DNA of 63,940 nucleotides, filler included, from Pirum gemmata (GCA_002812295.1; 33 parts of 33 records of this genome joined end to end with filler, not necessarily neighbours in it); one strand, 5' to 3'; shown: positions 25,780 to 39,627, counted from the first letter of the whole stretch. Numbers and translations are program-made. Notes: generated by a model not told the origin, from the letters alone.

Positions 25780-26722
25780 AAAAAACTTACTACAACCATA
25801 ACGTCCTTTTTATGAATGTTCCCTAAGATCGGACGTTGAATAGCCAGGTAGATTTTGCCTAATATCGGACGTAGACTATATAAAAAAATTAGGTGTCTTC
25901 CTCTAGCTAGCTAGCTAGCCTTGACTACCTATCGATAGCTACTAGCTAGTAGCTAGTAACTAGCTAGCTAGCTAGGTGTCTTCCTACCTGGGTTTACCTA
26001 AAGCTGGGTCTACCAAGCTGTCTACTAAGCTGTCTACTAAGCTGTCTACTATCAGATAGCATGGCATAGTCTATCGAAAATAAGAACTGTCTAAAAGTTT
26101 GAAGTTGATTTTTAAAAATTGTTATTGATATAGTTATTATAAAGTATTAAATTATATTATAAAGCTGCAATTACATTAATTGTATTAGTAAAAAGTTGAC
26201 ATGAAATAGGCTATTAAAAAATTGCGATTAAGAAATGGGTACCAATTGGGATTTAGGCTGCAAAAACAAGCCAAAAACAGCAAAAAACAGCAAAAACGAG
26301 CCAACCACAGGTTCCGCAGCAAGGTTGGTTCAAAAAGTTCAAAAAGTTGTCTGAAAAAGTTGTTTTGAACAAAAAAAATATCATGTCATAGTCTACTAAG
26401 TCTAAAAAAAAATAACTCAGAAAAATAGAGAAAAATAGTTTTCGTATTTTCATGAGACAAGCATGAAACCAATAAGCTATCATTAGATCATTTTACTATC
26501 ATTTTGTTGTTTTTTTTTCGTTTTTTCTCGTTTTTTTTTTTTTTATATAGACTAGCTAGCTAGAGCTAGCTAGAACCTAACGGTCTATATCATAAGTTCA
26601 TAAAATATCAAAAAACAAGGACTTCAAAAAAAGAACCTTTTTTTGAAGTCCTTGCATAATAATAAGTGCAGAATAAGTGCATAATATCATAATAGACTAG
26701 ACTATTCTAGATAGACTATTAG

Positions 26723-26902
26723 GTGCTTTTCAGTTGTTTTGTCATCATAAAATATACAATAAATAGTACCAAATTAATACAATATGAACCATTTAATTTA
26801 ATTTGGTGTCTTTTATTATCTATTTATTTAGTTNAAAATGTCTATTTAAAAGTTATAACCCTCCAAATAAATATTCAGAGTGACAAAATAAATGAAAAGC
26901 AC
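26723..26902 (+). mobile_element. MITE family A
   Basis: GTGCTTTTCA...TGAAAAGCAC. Confidence 0.88.
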
Positions 26903-26924
26903 GATGAAAAGCATAAGTAGATAC

Positions 26925-27139
26925 AGGAGGGATGAGATGACGTCATCTTATCAATTGGATGCTCGGACCGGCGAACTTCCAGAAATTTTCCTAAAGTTAC
27001 TATAAATAGTATAGTAAACTCTTTTTAAAGTAACTACTTAAATAGATAGTTACTAAATAAAGGTAAGACGAAACAGGCGAACAACATTTACTTTGTGCCT
27101 CGGTCAAAAAAGTTCGCCATAAGAGTTCTCACCCCTCCT
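26925..27139 (+). mobile_element. MITE family D, full length, 8-bp TSD
   Basis: TIR AGGAGGGATGAGA / TCTCACCCCTCCT; GTAGATAC duplicated at 26917-26924 and 27140-27147. Confidence 0.88.
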
Positions 27140-27486
27140 GTAGATACGCTGTAGCTACCTAGCTAGCTAGTAGCTAGCTAGTAGCTGTAGCCTGTAGCTC
27201 CTGTAGCTACAGTAGTTTCGTTATCGTTTTTTAAAAAATAATAATACAAGGACTTCTTTTTTTGAAGTCCTTCAATAGTCCTTCAATAATAATATGATAT
27301 TATAAAATGTCTATTTATAAATTTTTTTTTTTTTAATATATCATATATACACAAAACGAAAAACAAAACTGTTTNNNNNNNNNNNNNNNNNNNNNNNNNN
27401 NNNNNNNNNNNNNNNNNNTTAATTAATTAANNNNNNNNNNNNNNNNNNNNNNNNNNNNNNNNNNNNNNNNNNNNAAAAAAAAAAAC

Positions 27487-27574
27487 AAAAGTGAGTCAAT
27501 ACTTAAAATAAGATCGAAAAATTTCGAAAGTTTCGAACTTGACTCGATTCGAAAGTTTTTCCCCCATCACACCA
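27487..27574 (-). mobile_element. MITE family C, partial
   Basis: Reverse complement of the family C left arm (CAAAAGTGAGTCAATACTTAAAAT...). Confidence 0.7.
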
Positions 27575-28109
27575 AAGAGTTTTTTTTCTTTGTTTTTCTT
27601 GTAGTTAGTAGACTAGCTAGCTAGTACTACTACTACTAGACCACTACCACTACTACTACCACTACTACTACCACTACTACTATTACTATTACTACTACTA
27701 CTACTATTGCTATTACTATTACTACTACTACTACTATTACTACTACTACTAATATTACTANNNNNNNNNNNNNNNNNNNNNNNNNNNNNNNNNNNNNNNN
27801 NNNNNNNNNNCTGCTGCTACTACTACTGCTACTACTACTATTACGTAGCTACTACCACTACTACTATTACTATTAATTATAATACTACTACTACTACTAT
27901 TGCTATTACTATTACTACTGCTACTACTATTACTACTACTACTAATATTACTATTACTATTACGACGACGACTACTACTACTGCTGCTACTACTACTGCT
28001 ACTACTACTATTACGTAGCTATTTCAGCACAGTTATCCCCTCAATCTTTAATTCGGTACTGTTTTAAGTGTACAACACCATTGAAAAACACGATATTATG
28101 ATACCGTAC

Positions 28110-29160
28110 AACACTTTGGTACTATGAGACCCCCTCTTTTGTATTTTTTAAAGTTTTCTAAAAGTTCAACTTTTTTATTCTTCGATTCTGTATTTTTTTC
28201 TAAAAGTTCAACTCTTTTATCACAAAGTGGATAAAAAACAAAACCATAAGGCAAAACATCCTTTTCTGATTAAAAGACGCATTATATATATTTTTTAATT
28301 CGGCCATGAAAATAATCCTTTCATGTAACACTTAAGTACATAGGTTCCCTCTTCTGCAATTTTAAAGTGCAACTTTTTTATCGCACAGTGGGTAAAAAAA
28401 AAATACAAGTCAAAACGTCTTTTCTGATTAAAAGTTCAAGAAAAACGAAATTGTACTTTTTGAATACAGCCATGAAAATAGTTCTTCCATGTATGATAAC
28501 ACTTTTGTACATGGGACGACCCTCTTCTGTATTTTTCAAAGTTTTCTAAAGTCAAAACGTCTTTTCTGATTAAAAGTTCAGTTTAATTAAAATATCATAA
28601 GAAAATCAAAATTGTCTCCCCTTTCACGCATACACTTTTTGAAGGCGGTCATGAAAATAGTTCTTTCATGTAACACTTTGGTGCATGGGGCTCTCTTCGG
28701 TAATTTTTAAAGTTTTCTAAAAGTCAATTTTTTATCGCACAGTGGGTAAAAAACTAAAACAAGTCAAAACGTCTTTTCTGATTAAAAGTTCAATTTAATT
28801 AAAAAATAAGAAAATCAAAATTGTCTTCTTTTTGACGCATATACTTTTTGAATACGGCCATGAAAATAGTCTTTCCATACAACAATTTTGGCACCTAGGA
28901 CCCTCTTTTGTATTTTTTAAACTTTTTTTAAACTTTTTTACCGCATAGTGGATAAAAATTAAAAAACAAAAACAAAACGTCAAAACGTCTTCTGATTTTA
29001 AAAGTTCAATTTAATTAAATAAGAAAATCAAAATTGTCTTCTCTTTCACTCAAATACTTTTTCAATGCGGCCATGAAAATAGTCCTTCCAGGTAACACTT
29101 TGGTACATGGGACCCTCTTCTGCATTTTTAAAATTTTCTAGAAGTTCAACTTTTTTATAG
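28110..29160. repeat. Degenerate tandem repeat, unit up to ~185 bp, 5-6 copies
   Basis: Recurring GGCCATGAAAATAGT..., AAAACGTCTTTTCTGATTAAAAGTTCA and TAACACTTTGGTACATGG. Confidence 0.85.
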
Positions 29161-29831
29161 TCATTTGATAAAGAATCAACACACTGATTAGCGAAATAGG
29201 CTAGCGACAAACGAGGTTTCTCGGTAAACGAACTAGATACCCTATGTATTGCTATTTATTTATGAATTGTACTAATGAGCAGGTGTTATATTGAAATAAG
29301 CATGTTGCCGTTATTTTTACTATAAATATTATTATTATTATCGTTTACATTTTATAATTATTATNNNNNNNNNNNNNNNNNNNNNNNNNNNNNNNNNNNN
29401 NNNNNNNNTTAATTAATTAANNNNNNNNNNNNNNNNNNNNNNNNNNNNNNNNNNNNNNNNNNNNTAATATTTTATTTTTTAACTTAAATAATAATAATAA
29501 TAATAAATAATGATAAATAATAATAGAAGCGCATTAAATTTTGTTGCTGAGGCTGTTGAGTTTGCTACCATAATTTATTTATTTTACAAAATTAATTTAA
29601 TTATTATATATATTATTTAAGTTAAAAAATAAAATATTATTTTCCAATGGCTGATCCATGTTCTGCAGCAGTATCGCAAAACTCTTCTTGTGCTAAGCCC
29701 AAAAACATGAAACTTAATGTGGGATCGATTTTATCAACCCAACCACTTAACAATCCTTTTATTGGTTTTTTATTAAGTTACCTAATTACCTGGTTTTTAT
29801 TTAATTCCATGTTAAATTTATTTGCATGGCT

Positions 29832-30815
29832 AGGAAGGAATTTCGAAGTGTTGCAAGGAAAAAAATGCAAATTCCAAAGACATTATTGATAAAAGTAAAA
29901 CTGTAGTTCAAACAACTACTGCTAGTTTAATACATAACGATAATAGTATTGATTTTTATTTTAGCACGATTACTAAGAGGAATATTCCGAAGTGGTAAAA
30001 GAGAAAACGGATACCAAATAAGAATATTCTTGATCAACAAAATGAACTTAATAAAAAACAAAATCAAACAAGACAAATGAAAAAACAGCTTGAAAATCAA
30101 CAAAATGAAATAAAGAATATGATGAAAATGAACGAAAAGCCAGATTCTGCACTTTTATCATTACAATTACCAACTCCGTCGTCATCGTCATCGTCGTCAT
30201 CGTCATCGCCAAAACCGTTACCGATTAATCCTCCTATTCAAAGCGATGAAGAAACGAAATTTTTAAGAGATCAAGTTAAAAGATCACAAATGGAATTGAG
30301 TAAAACTCAAGATAAACTATGGAGATATCTACAAACAATTGAACGTGATACTACAGTCGTTGTGGATGATTATTTCAAATATAACGTTAACGCCGTAGTA
30401 GATGAACACAATAGGGTAAGACAAGATTGTTTGAATATTAAAAAAAAAAATAAAGATTTTGTATTTCGGTTAAATTCAAGTTTATTTGGTATGATACTTT
30501 GCGATAGTTATTACATACATACGGACACACAGGGCTTGAATAAGAAAACTACAACTTCCAAGGATTTTAACTACAACTTCCAAGGATTTTTTTAAAGCTC
30601 TTGCTTGTGAAATGATTCACAATACCATAGATCAAGTAGGCACCCAGACAAGGGCAGCAAAAAGGTATAGGTATAATACTGACAACGAAGAAGAAGAAGA
30701 AGAAAATAATCCAAGACAGATTTTAACTAATTCTAGCCTGGCTTTCCACGACAACTGCGAAGTAAATCAAAGGGTTGTAATAAGAAAACTGTATATTATT
30801 GCTCTGTATGGCTAA
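29832..30815 (+). pseudogene. Unknown coiled-coil protein, probably disrupted or spliced
   Basis: The frame of ORF 30077-30595 extends upstream through one TAA near 29996, and ORF 30612-30815 follows. No recognisable domain. Confidence 0.35.
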
Positions 30816-31241
30816 CATATTACAAAAGCCAACACATCAATACACATGTATGTTTTCAATAAACATAATGAATTATATGTAACAACATAACATAACAGCA
30901 ATAATAAATAATAATAAAACCAATTTTTACACTTGATGAAAAATAAAAGCTTCGAACAAGCAATTTTAAAAAATTTAATAAAAAAGTAAATACCAACCTA
31001 TTTCGAACCTGTAGAATCCGAATTTCGGGGCTAGAAACGCAAAAGTAGGTGTTATAAAATAATAGAGAAGTGAAAAAAAACATCACTTTTTTGGTTCTAA
31101 TCGAAAATGTTTAGACATTTTTCTATTTGACAAATTTTTTTTTTATATGATATAATTACCTATGATATATAATTATTATTAGTTTTTTTTTTTCGAAAAA
31201 AGCGGAATTAATTTATGACACGGAAAAATGTGCGTCATAAA

Positions 31242-31301
31242 AGGAGGGATGAGATGACGTCATCTTACCAATTGGATGCTCGGACCGGCGAACTTCCAGA
31301 A
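31242..31301 (+). mobile_element. MITE family D end (contig break)
   Basis: AGGAGGGATGAGATGACGTCATCTTACCAATTGG... Confidence 0.8.
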
Positions 31302-31401
31302 NNNNNNNNNNNNNNNNNNNNNNNNNNNNNNNNNNNNNNNNNNNNTTAATTAATTAANNNNNNNNNNNNNNNNNNNNNNNNNNNNNNNNNNNNNNNNNNN
31401 N

Positions 31402-32160
31402 CCTTAACCCTTTTTTTAATACTTTAATTAACCCTTAAATTAACCCTTAACCCTTACCCCTTACCTCTTAACCCTTAACCCTTAAAACCCTTAAAACCCT
31501 TTTAAAATCCTTAATTAACCCTTATCCTTTAATAAAACACTATAAAATCGTTAACCCTTAACCCTTAACCCTTAAACCCTTGAAACCCTTTACCCTTAAC
31601 ACTTAAACCCCTTAATTAACCCTTAATTAACCCTTAACCCTTAACCCTTAATTAATTCTTAACCCTTAATCCTTAACCCTTAACCCTCAACCCTTAATTA
31701 AAACCCTTAAAACCCTTAAAACCCTTAATTAACCCTTAATCCTTAACCCTTAATAATTATCCCTAACCCCAACCCTAACCCTAACCCTCTTGGTCTTATT
31801 AATACTAGCTTGGTCTTAACTAAATAAGTCTCTGAGTTGCCACTAAGTTAACATCTGCCGTCTGGCATTTCTTATTGGTATATAATTCTCCCATTGGACT
31901 AATAAATAATAAGACAGAAAAAAAGTCTCTGAAAGTATCTTGTCTAAATCAATCAATTAAAGCAAAGAATATTCTCAAATGAATTAAAATGAACCCTAAA
32001 ACCTTAACCCTTTTTTTAATACTTTAATTAACCCTTAAATTAACCCTTAACCCTTAACCCTTAAAACCCTTAACCCTTAACCCTTAACCCTTAACCCTTA
32101 ACCCTTAACCCTTAACCCTTAACCCTTAACCCTTAACCTAACCTTAATCCCAACCCTAAC
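31402..32160. repeat. Two arrays of 7-mer CCCTTAA (TTAAGGG) flanking ~200 bp of unique sequence
   Basis: 31402-31790 and 31993-32160; the second array opens with a copy of the first array's start. Confidence 0.9.
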
Positions 32161-32238
32161 CAAAATTTTTTAATTAAAAGAGAAGAACGAAATAAAGTAT
32201 CAATAACACTGCTAATAACTTTTAATCCTGTTATTATA

Positions 32239-32419
32239 GTGCTTTTCAGTTATTTTGCCGTCATAAAATATACAATAAATAGCACCAAATTAATACAATA
32301 TAAATCGATTTAATTTAATTAGGTATATTTTATTATGTATTTATTTATTTAAAAATGTCAATTTGAAGATTATAACCCTCCAAATAAATATTCCAAGTGA
32401 CGAAATAAATGAAAAGCAC
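32239..32419 (+). mobile_element. MITE family A
   Basis: TATAGTGCTTTTCA...TGAAAAGCACGATA. Confidence 0.88.
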
Positions 32420-32492
32420 GATATAATAAATAAATGTAGACAGTACTACACTAAACAAAACAAAAACATTAATTTTTCTAAAAATTAAAACA

Positions 32493-32698
32493 AGTAGGGG
32501 TGAGATGACGTCATTTTTTTATTACCGAACAGCTGCCGGAACTTTTCCGATTTTATGTTTTATTACTATTAATGTCAATATTACTACTTTAATTGGTATC
32601 TACTATAATTAGATTTACTATTTTAAGCTATTTAACTGCTATTTTTAGTAAGAAACACGGAACTAAGGTTGGCTCGATAAGAGATATCTCACCCTAAT
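32493..32698 (+). mobile_element. MITE family D2
   Basis: TIR AGTAGGGGTGAGAT; close match to 36739-36970. Confidence 0.82.
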
Positions 32699-32813
32699 GA
32701 CGTAATAATATCGCTGTTTAGTGATGTCATTAAAGGGTATGATGTCATGGAATGTTTTTAAAAAATTATAGTGGACTAGCTAGCTAGACTCTAGCTAGCT
32801 TGTTAGGCTTCTC

Positions 32814-33023
32814 CCAATTCTGCTCTTTTTTAAAAATCGAATTTTCAAGCCTATTTATTAATCAAATTAGTTCGAAATTTTGAGCTTACAATTAAGTATT
32901 CAAATATATATATTTATTTATAAACCCGAAAAAAATTGGAAAAATAATTTTCAAACAGAGCTGAATTTTGGTTTTTTTTGACAGCAGAAATTCGAGATTT
33001 CGGACTAGCTAGAGCAGAATTGG
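32814..33023 (+). mobile_element. MITE family F
   Basis: TIR CCAATTCTGCTCT / AGAGCAGAATTGG; related partials start near 33187 and 54716. Confidence 0.72.
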
Positions 33024-33428
33024 ATAATATATTCGAAAATTTCAAACCTATTATATACATATTATATTACTTATGTTTGAAAACTGAAAAACTTATTTTA
33101 AAAACCCAAAAGTCAAACATTTTTTTAAAAAAATTGTTTGCACCATAATAAACTCCGAGATAATAAACTAGTCAAAATAAATTAGACAATTCTGCTTTGT
33201 TTAAAAAATTGAGTTTTCGAGCCTATGCATTAATTGAATAAGTTCGAAAATTTTAAGCTAACAGTNNNNNNNNNNNNNNNNNNNNNNNNNNNNNNNNNNN
33301 NNNNNNNNNTTAATTAATTAANNNNNNNNNNNNNNNNNNNNNNNNNNNNNNNNNNNNNNNNNNNNTCATCATCATCATCATCATCATCATAATAATCATC
33401 ATAATCATCATCGTCATCGTCATCATCG

Positions 33429-33493
<65 letters not shown>

Positions 33494-33546
33494 GTCATCA
33501 TCTTCTTCTTCTTCACCATCATCATCACCATCACCATCATCATCAC

Positions 33547-33579
<33 letters not shown>

Positions 33580-33794
33580 TATCATCGTTATCATTATCGT
33601 TATCATTATCGCTATCATCATTATCATTATCATTGTCACCGTCATTTTCATTATCATTATCATTATCATTATCATTAATTATCATTATCATTTTCATTAT
33701 CGTTATTAATATTAACATTGCTTTCGTTTGTTCTTTTTTATATATATTGGATTGATAATGCTTATTATGATTATTGTTATTTTCTTAATATCAG

Positions 33795-34288
33795 GCAAAT
33801 TTTCTTTGCTTATTTGCTGTGGTTTGGTTGTTTTTGCCTGTGCTAGTACTTTTGTTGCATTTTTTGTGGCTTACGATTTGTTTAACAAGGATTTCCAATT
33901 TATGTACGGTTATTATACGTTGATTGGAGGTATTTATGTATATATCTTAATAAAAATATGTAAATTCTTAAACACACACACACACACACATAAAATAAGT
34001 CTCAAGACTTTCTGGTGTATTTATCATAACTCTAAACCTATCTTGATTACTATAGAAGGAGGGAATGACCCATTATTTTGATGTTCTTTTTCGGCTTTTT
34101 GGGTTGGGTTTTATGATTTTAAATATTTTATTTTCGGGTTAGGTTTTATAACTGATATATCTGATATATTACATATTGTATATTATAATAATTAAATAGG
34201 ATTATTTTCTAGTTTTTTTGCGTCAATATTGAACGGTTATATGGTTTATCTTCAGCACTCTCGTAAAGCAACTTACAGCCCATTATAA
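33795..34288 (+). CDS. Last two exons of a multi-pass membrane protein (claudin/PMP22-like architecture)
   Basis: Exons 33795-33929 and 34200-34288 splice in phase: KFSLLICCGLVVFACASTFVAFFVAYDLFNKDFQFMYGYYTLIG/GLFSSFFASILNGYMVYLQHSRKATYSPL*. Two TM helices and a terminal YxxL. Confidence 0.6.
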
Positions 34289-34345
34289 TTGTGCTTAATT
34301 TTTCTGTCTTACTCTCTTTCTGTCTTTATTAAACCAATTTTTAGA

Positions 34346-34384
<39 letters not shown>

Positions 34385-35860
34385 TTTTTTTTGGTATTAT
34401 TACTAAAGCTGTGAATATATCCAAGACCTTAATGTCGGTCGAAACGTTTACTTATTAAACCAAAAAGAAAAAAGAAAAAACAATTACTTTGATTATTCAA
34501 AAGCTTCTAATATAAGTCGTCAATAGATTAATAAAATCACATCAAAACAAAATGCAGCATTACCTTTTACAGCGAATGTAATTTTTGATAACAAGAGTAG
34601 AATTGAATGCTGGACCATATGATTCTTAAATTGAAGGAGAAAATCAAATTATGATTGTCCTGTCTGTAAATTTTGCTTCTAATGTTTTAATATTCCTGAC
34701 AATATTTTCTCAATCCAAATTCATAATTTTCTCAGTCCAAATTCAAAGGAATTGTGTTTCACAAACTTAAGTCTTGTGTAGTTTTATATTAAGATTCAAT
34801 CTGGAGCAATTAAATCTTTGGAAATTACGAAATTTTGCTGTTATTAATTAAAGTAAAGTTATTTTTATTATTATTACTATTGGTTTTTTTATCACTATTT
34901 TGGCAAAGAAGTTATAAATTGTTAACAAAAACAACAAGTAACAACGACAATATCGCATACGGTCAAATAAAAAAGTATGCTAAATAATTACTTTATTGAG
35001 TAATATTTATCAATTTAGCTTGGCTATCAGCCGTCTACAATTGGCTCAATTCCGTCAAATATTTAGGTCGTCGTTTTAATATTTGTAAAAATAGCATTCT
35101 AGAAAGTTAAAATGACTTTGGAGGGGGGTAAAAGTATTGATTATTATTATTATGTAAAAAGAATAAACAATGAACAAAAAAACATAATGATAAATAATAA
35201 TATTGATAATGGTAATATTGATAATGTAAACAAAAATGAAAAAGAACCTGAAAATANNNNNNNNNNNNNNNNNNNNNNNNNNNNNNNNNNNNNNNNNNNN
35301 TTAATTAATTAANNNNNNNNNNNNNNNNNNNNNNNNNNNNNNNNNNNNNNNNNNNNTAATTTAAAAATGTCAGCTTAAATATTATAACCAACCAATAAAA
35401 ATAAATGAAAAGCCCAATAGTTTGATTCGATTATGGTTTTCCCTGCTTGTTCATGATTAATGATGGGCTTATCTATTAACTAAATCAATGATTTCTTATT
35501 CTAGATTGAACTTGTGAATTAAGTTCAGCGACATTGATTTTATTAGTATTCCAATTATAAATCTTACTAAAATCAACCAAGTATTCATTTTCGGTCCTAT
35601 TTTTTTTTTTTAATTTTTTTATTTTTTTTTTTATTTTTTTTAATAAAAAAATAATAAATTAATTAATTTTCATTATATAGTATAACAACAACATAAATAA
35701 TTATAATAAAATTAAAAGTTTTTTTTCGTAATAATAGTTGAGGGATAAACACATGATAGATATAAGAAAAAGTATATAATAGACTAATGTATATATTGAT
35801 GGTGATGATTTAAGAGAATATATTATTATCATTATCATTATTATTATTATATATTCTTAC

Positions 35861-35990
35861 AAAGTCAACTTCTGTATATTTGGTAGAACATATTTATCGT
35901 ACAATTGTTTACAAACGTTTAATTGAAGTCTAAGACCAACTTTATCTGATTGCGATATTTTTTTTACTTTAGCTATTTCGTTAGATAACC
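35861..35990 (-). CDS. Internal exon, unknown protein
   Basis: ttag|LSNEIAKVKKISQSDKVGLRLQLNVCKQLYDKYVLPNIQKLT|gtaaga. Confidence 0.5.
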
Positions 35991-36738
35991 CTAATATAAT
36001 AATAATAAGCAATAATAATAAGCAATAATAATAAGCAATAATAATAATAATTAGCAATAATTAGTAATGATTAGCAATAATAAGCAATAAATAATAAATA
36101 ATAAATAATAAATAAAAATAGTAAATAATAAATAATAAATAATAATTAGCAATAATAATAATAAATAAAAATAATAAATAATAAATAATAAATAATAATT
36201 AGCAATAATAATAATAATTAGTAATAATAATAATAAATAATAAATAATAAATAATAATAAGCAATAAATAAAAAATAATAAATAATAATAAACAATGATA
36301 ATAACAATTAATAATAATTAGCAATAATAATAATAAATAATAAATAATAATTAGCAATATTAATAACAATAAATAATAAATAATAAATAATAATAAATAA
36401 TAATAATTAGCAATAATAAATAATAATTAGCAATAATAAATAATAATAATAAATAATAAATAATAAATAATAAATAATAAATAATAAATAATAAATAATA
36501 TAATAAATAATAAATAATAAATTCTAATAATAAAATAATAATAATTTTAAAAATTATTTGTGCAAACCTCCCACAGACAGATTCTAGAGAGTAGGGGTTT
36601 TCGGTCGGATTCGATGGATTTCTAAATTAGGTGTTCATTTTAACATATTTAGGATAGATTTCTAAATTAGGTGTTCGTTTTAACATATTTAGGTGATAAC
36701 GAACAATTGACTGTAGTTGAGTAAGAATTACTAGTACT

Positions 36739-36970
36739 CGTAGGGGTGAGATGACGTCATTTTATTATTACCGAACAGCTTCCGGAACTTTTCCGATTTT
36801 ATGATTTTATTACTATTAATGTTAATATTATTACTTTAATTGGTAACCACTATAATTTAATTTACTATTTTAAGCGATTTAACTGTTATTATTAGTAAGA
36901 ACCACGGAACTAAGGTTGGCTCGAAAAGCATCTGTTCGAAAAAAGTTCCAGTAGATATCTCACCCCTACT
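36739..36970 (+). mobile_element. MITE family D2
   Basis: GTAGGGGTGAGAT...ATCTCACCCCTAC. Confidence 0.85.
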
Positions 36971-38505
36971 CTCTAGAGTTCGTTATACTTTTCTTGCGTT
37001 GTTGATTGGTTTGCATCTTTGTAAAGTCCTGTGATTGGTGATCGAGGATTGATGATCGAGGGTTGGTGAGTCGTGAATCGTGATTCTATTGAAGTTTTAT
37101 GGTTTTCTCAGTGTTTTCTCTATAGTTTTCTCATGAAATACTTTCCTTTTTAGTGGGTTAGGGTTAGGGTTAGGGTTAGGGTTAGGGNNNNNNNNNNNNN
37201 NNNNNNNNNNNNNNNNNNNNNNNNNNNNNNNTTAATTAATTAANNNNNNNNNNNNNNNNNNNNNNNNNNNNNNNNNNNNNNNNNNNNTAATACGAATACG
37301 AATACGAATACGAATACGAATACGAATACTAATACTAATACTCAACTTCTTCTTCTTCTACTACTATTACTACTTCTACTACTACTACTAATTGTACGGC
37401 TGCAATTTGTGCTATTACTATTATATTACTTCTGTTATTACTACTACTACTACTACTATTACTACTATTACTACTGCTAGCTCTAGCTATAGCACTTCTA
37501 CTACTACCACTACTACCACTACCACCACCACCACTACTACTACTAGTACTACTAGTACCGCTACTACTACTACTACCACTACTACTATTACTACTACTAC
37601 TATTACCACTACTACCACTACTACTTCAGTATCGGTACCAACCCAATTAGTAATTAATTAACGACCCTAATAATAATAATAATAATAATAATAACAGCTA
37701 TCCCACAAGCCAACGACATAACCAAAAATGGTATTACTTACAGAATAAAAAACGCCAACTTAGTGGCCAAAACAGTGACAATGCGTTTTGCTGGTGCTAA
37801 TATTTTGGAAGATTACAAGCAGAAAATAATCATGGATAAAACTGTAACTAACGCGTTTTTAGATATACGAGCTCACGGTAACCCTTCTTTTGCAATTAGC
37901 TTCATAACTGATCATATACAAAACCTAAACCATTCTTTTGAAATTAGCTTCATAATTAATCATATACAAAACCTAAATTATCCTTTCCAGTCAGCTTAAC
38001 TATCATATTTATCCCTGAACTATCTTATTACAATCAGTTCAATCAACTAAACTAACGTATCTTGTGAATTTAACCACCTAAACTATCCTTTTTGATTCAG
38101 CTAAACTAACGTATTTGTAAATAGGATAGACTTGTTTCGATATATATATATATATATTCTACCCTTCTTTTAATTGTAATCCGAAGAAGATAAATGTGTT
38201 ACATTTTAGTGTTAGGGTCAAAATTAGAATTATACGTTCAATAAACCTAAACTATTCTATTTACTCTACAAATTTACTCTACAAATAGATAGTTATTGTT
38301 AACAGGATAGGTACGGTTTTCATATCACTAACTATAACATGATAATTTTCTTCGAATTGCAAGATTCAATTAGGAGCAGAAATTTACTCTCTAAATAGAG
38401 CAGTAACCATATTCTAATTTTACCAGTCGTTCTTCAGATAATGACAATTATATGTGTGTATTTTTGTACCTGAAGAATTGATATAAAAATTACCCGTATT
38501 GTACT

Positions 38506-38809
38506 ATGCATTCTTCTATGACAATTATATGGGTATTTTTGTACCTGAAGCATTTTTATATAAATTACCCTTATTATAATTTTACTATTCATTATTCAGA
38601 TTATGACACTTTTAGTGGTATCTATGTATTCGGTGTCTACCTGAAACATTGTTATGGACTCCATTACATTACCAATACTTTAGACTGTACTACATGTACA
38701 AAAACTAGTATTAAAAACAAAGGGAATTGTGACCCCGATACTAATTCTGTAAAGTTTTGTGATGGTGATTCTGATACTGCAATTATCAAATGCAAAACAG
38801 CAAAACCAG
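38506..38809 (+). CDS. Cys-rich, possibly surface protein exon or remnant
   Basis: ...CTTCTKTSIKNKGNCDPDTNSVKFCDGDSDTAIIKCKTAKP|gtaagc; upstream 37700-38500 looks like decayed repetitive coding sequence. Confidence 0.35.
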
Positions 38810-39627
38810 GTAAGCCAATAAACAAATAAACCAATAAAATAAAAAACCAATAAACCAATTAACAATAAACCTAATACACATAATAAACTAAAAATCCAAT
38901 AGACCAATAATACAATAAACCAACGAACCAATAAAGTTATAAATCAATAAACCAAATATTCAATACGAAAATATACAAATAAAATCAATAAACCAGTATA
39001 GTGTAAACCCTAAAATTTCTCTAACCCTAACTTTAAAATTAACCCTAACCCTAAAACTAACCCAAACCTGAACCCTAACTTTAAACCCAAATCTTATCGC
39101 AAACCCAACCCCGACCCAACCTCGACCCAACCTCGACCCAACCTCGACCCAACCTCGACCCAACCTCGACCCAACCCNNNNNNNNNNNNNNNNNNNNNNN
39201 NNNNNNNNNNNNNNNNNNNNNTTAATTAATTAANNNNNNNNNNNNNNNNNNNNNNNNNNNNNNNNNNNNNNNNNNNNTATTAATAGTAATACTTAATATA
39301 GGAAACTACTCTTTTAAGGATATCAATATCTATTTTAAGTAATAATATTTTGCCATCTCAGTTGTAACCTATCTCCAAATTTCTGCCAAAGGGGATGTCA
39401 TCCCTCCTAGCATTATAATATTATTATATCAATCTTTTTGAATCCCCATAGTCTAGTAGTAGGTACTATCGATAGTGATATTTAGTAACCCCCATCATGA
39501 CCCCCTACTAAGACCCCCTAGCTAGCTAGCTAGCTAGCTAGCTAGTAGACTAGTAGTAGGGATAGGTCTGTACTACTAACTAAAGCTTGTCCCGAAAGTC
39601 CTAGCCCGAAAGTCTAGCTGGTAGCTA

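Noticed and set aside
26723..26920. Small gene family (similar ORFs at 26723, 40741, 4614 and 62286)
   Set aside because: They are chance frames inside MITE family A.
28110..29160. CRISPR array
   Set aside because: Whole units are degenerate copies with no unique spacers, in a eukaryotic context with no cas genes.
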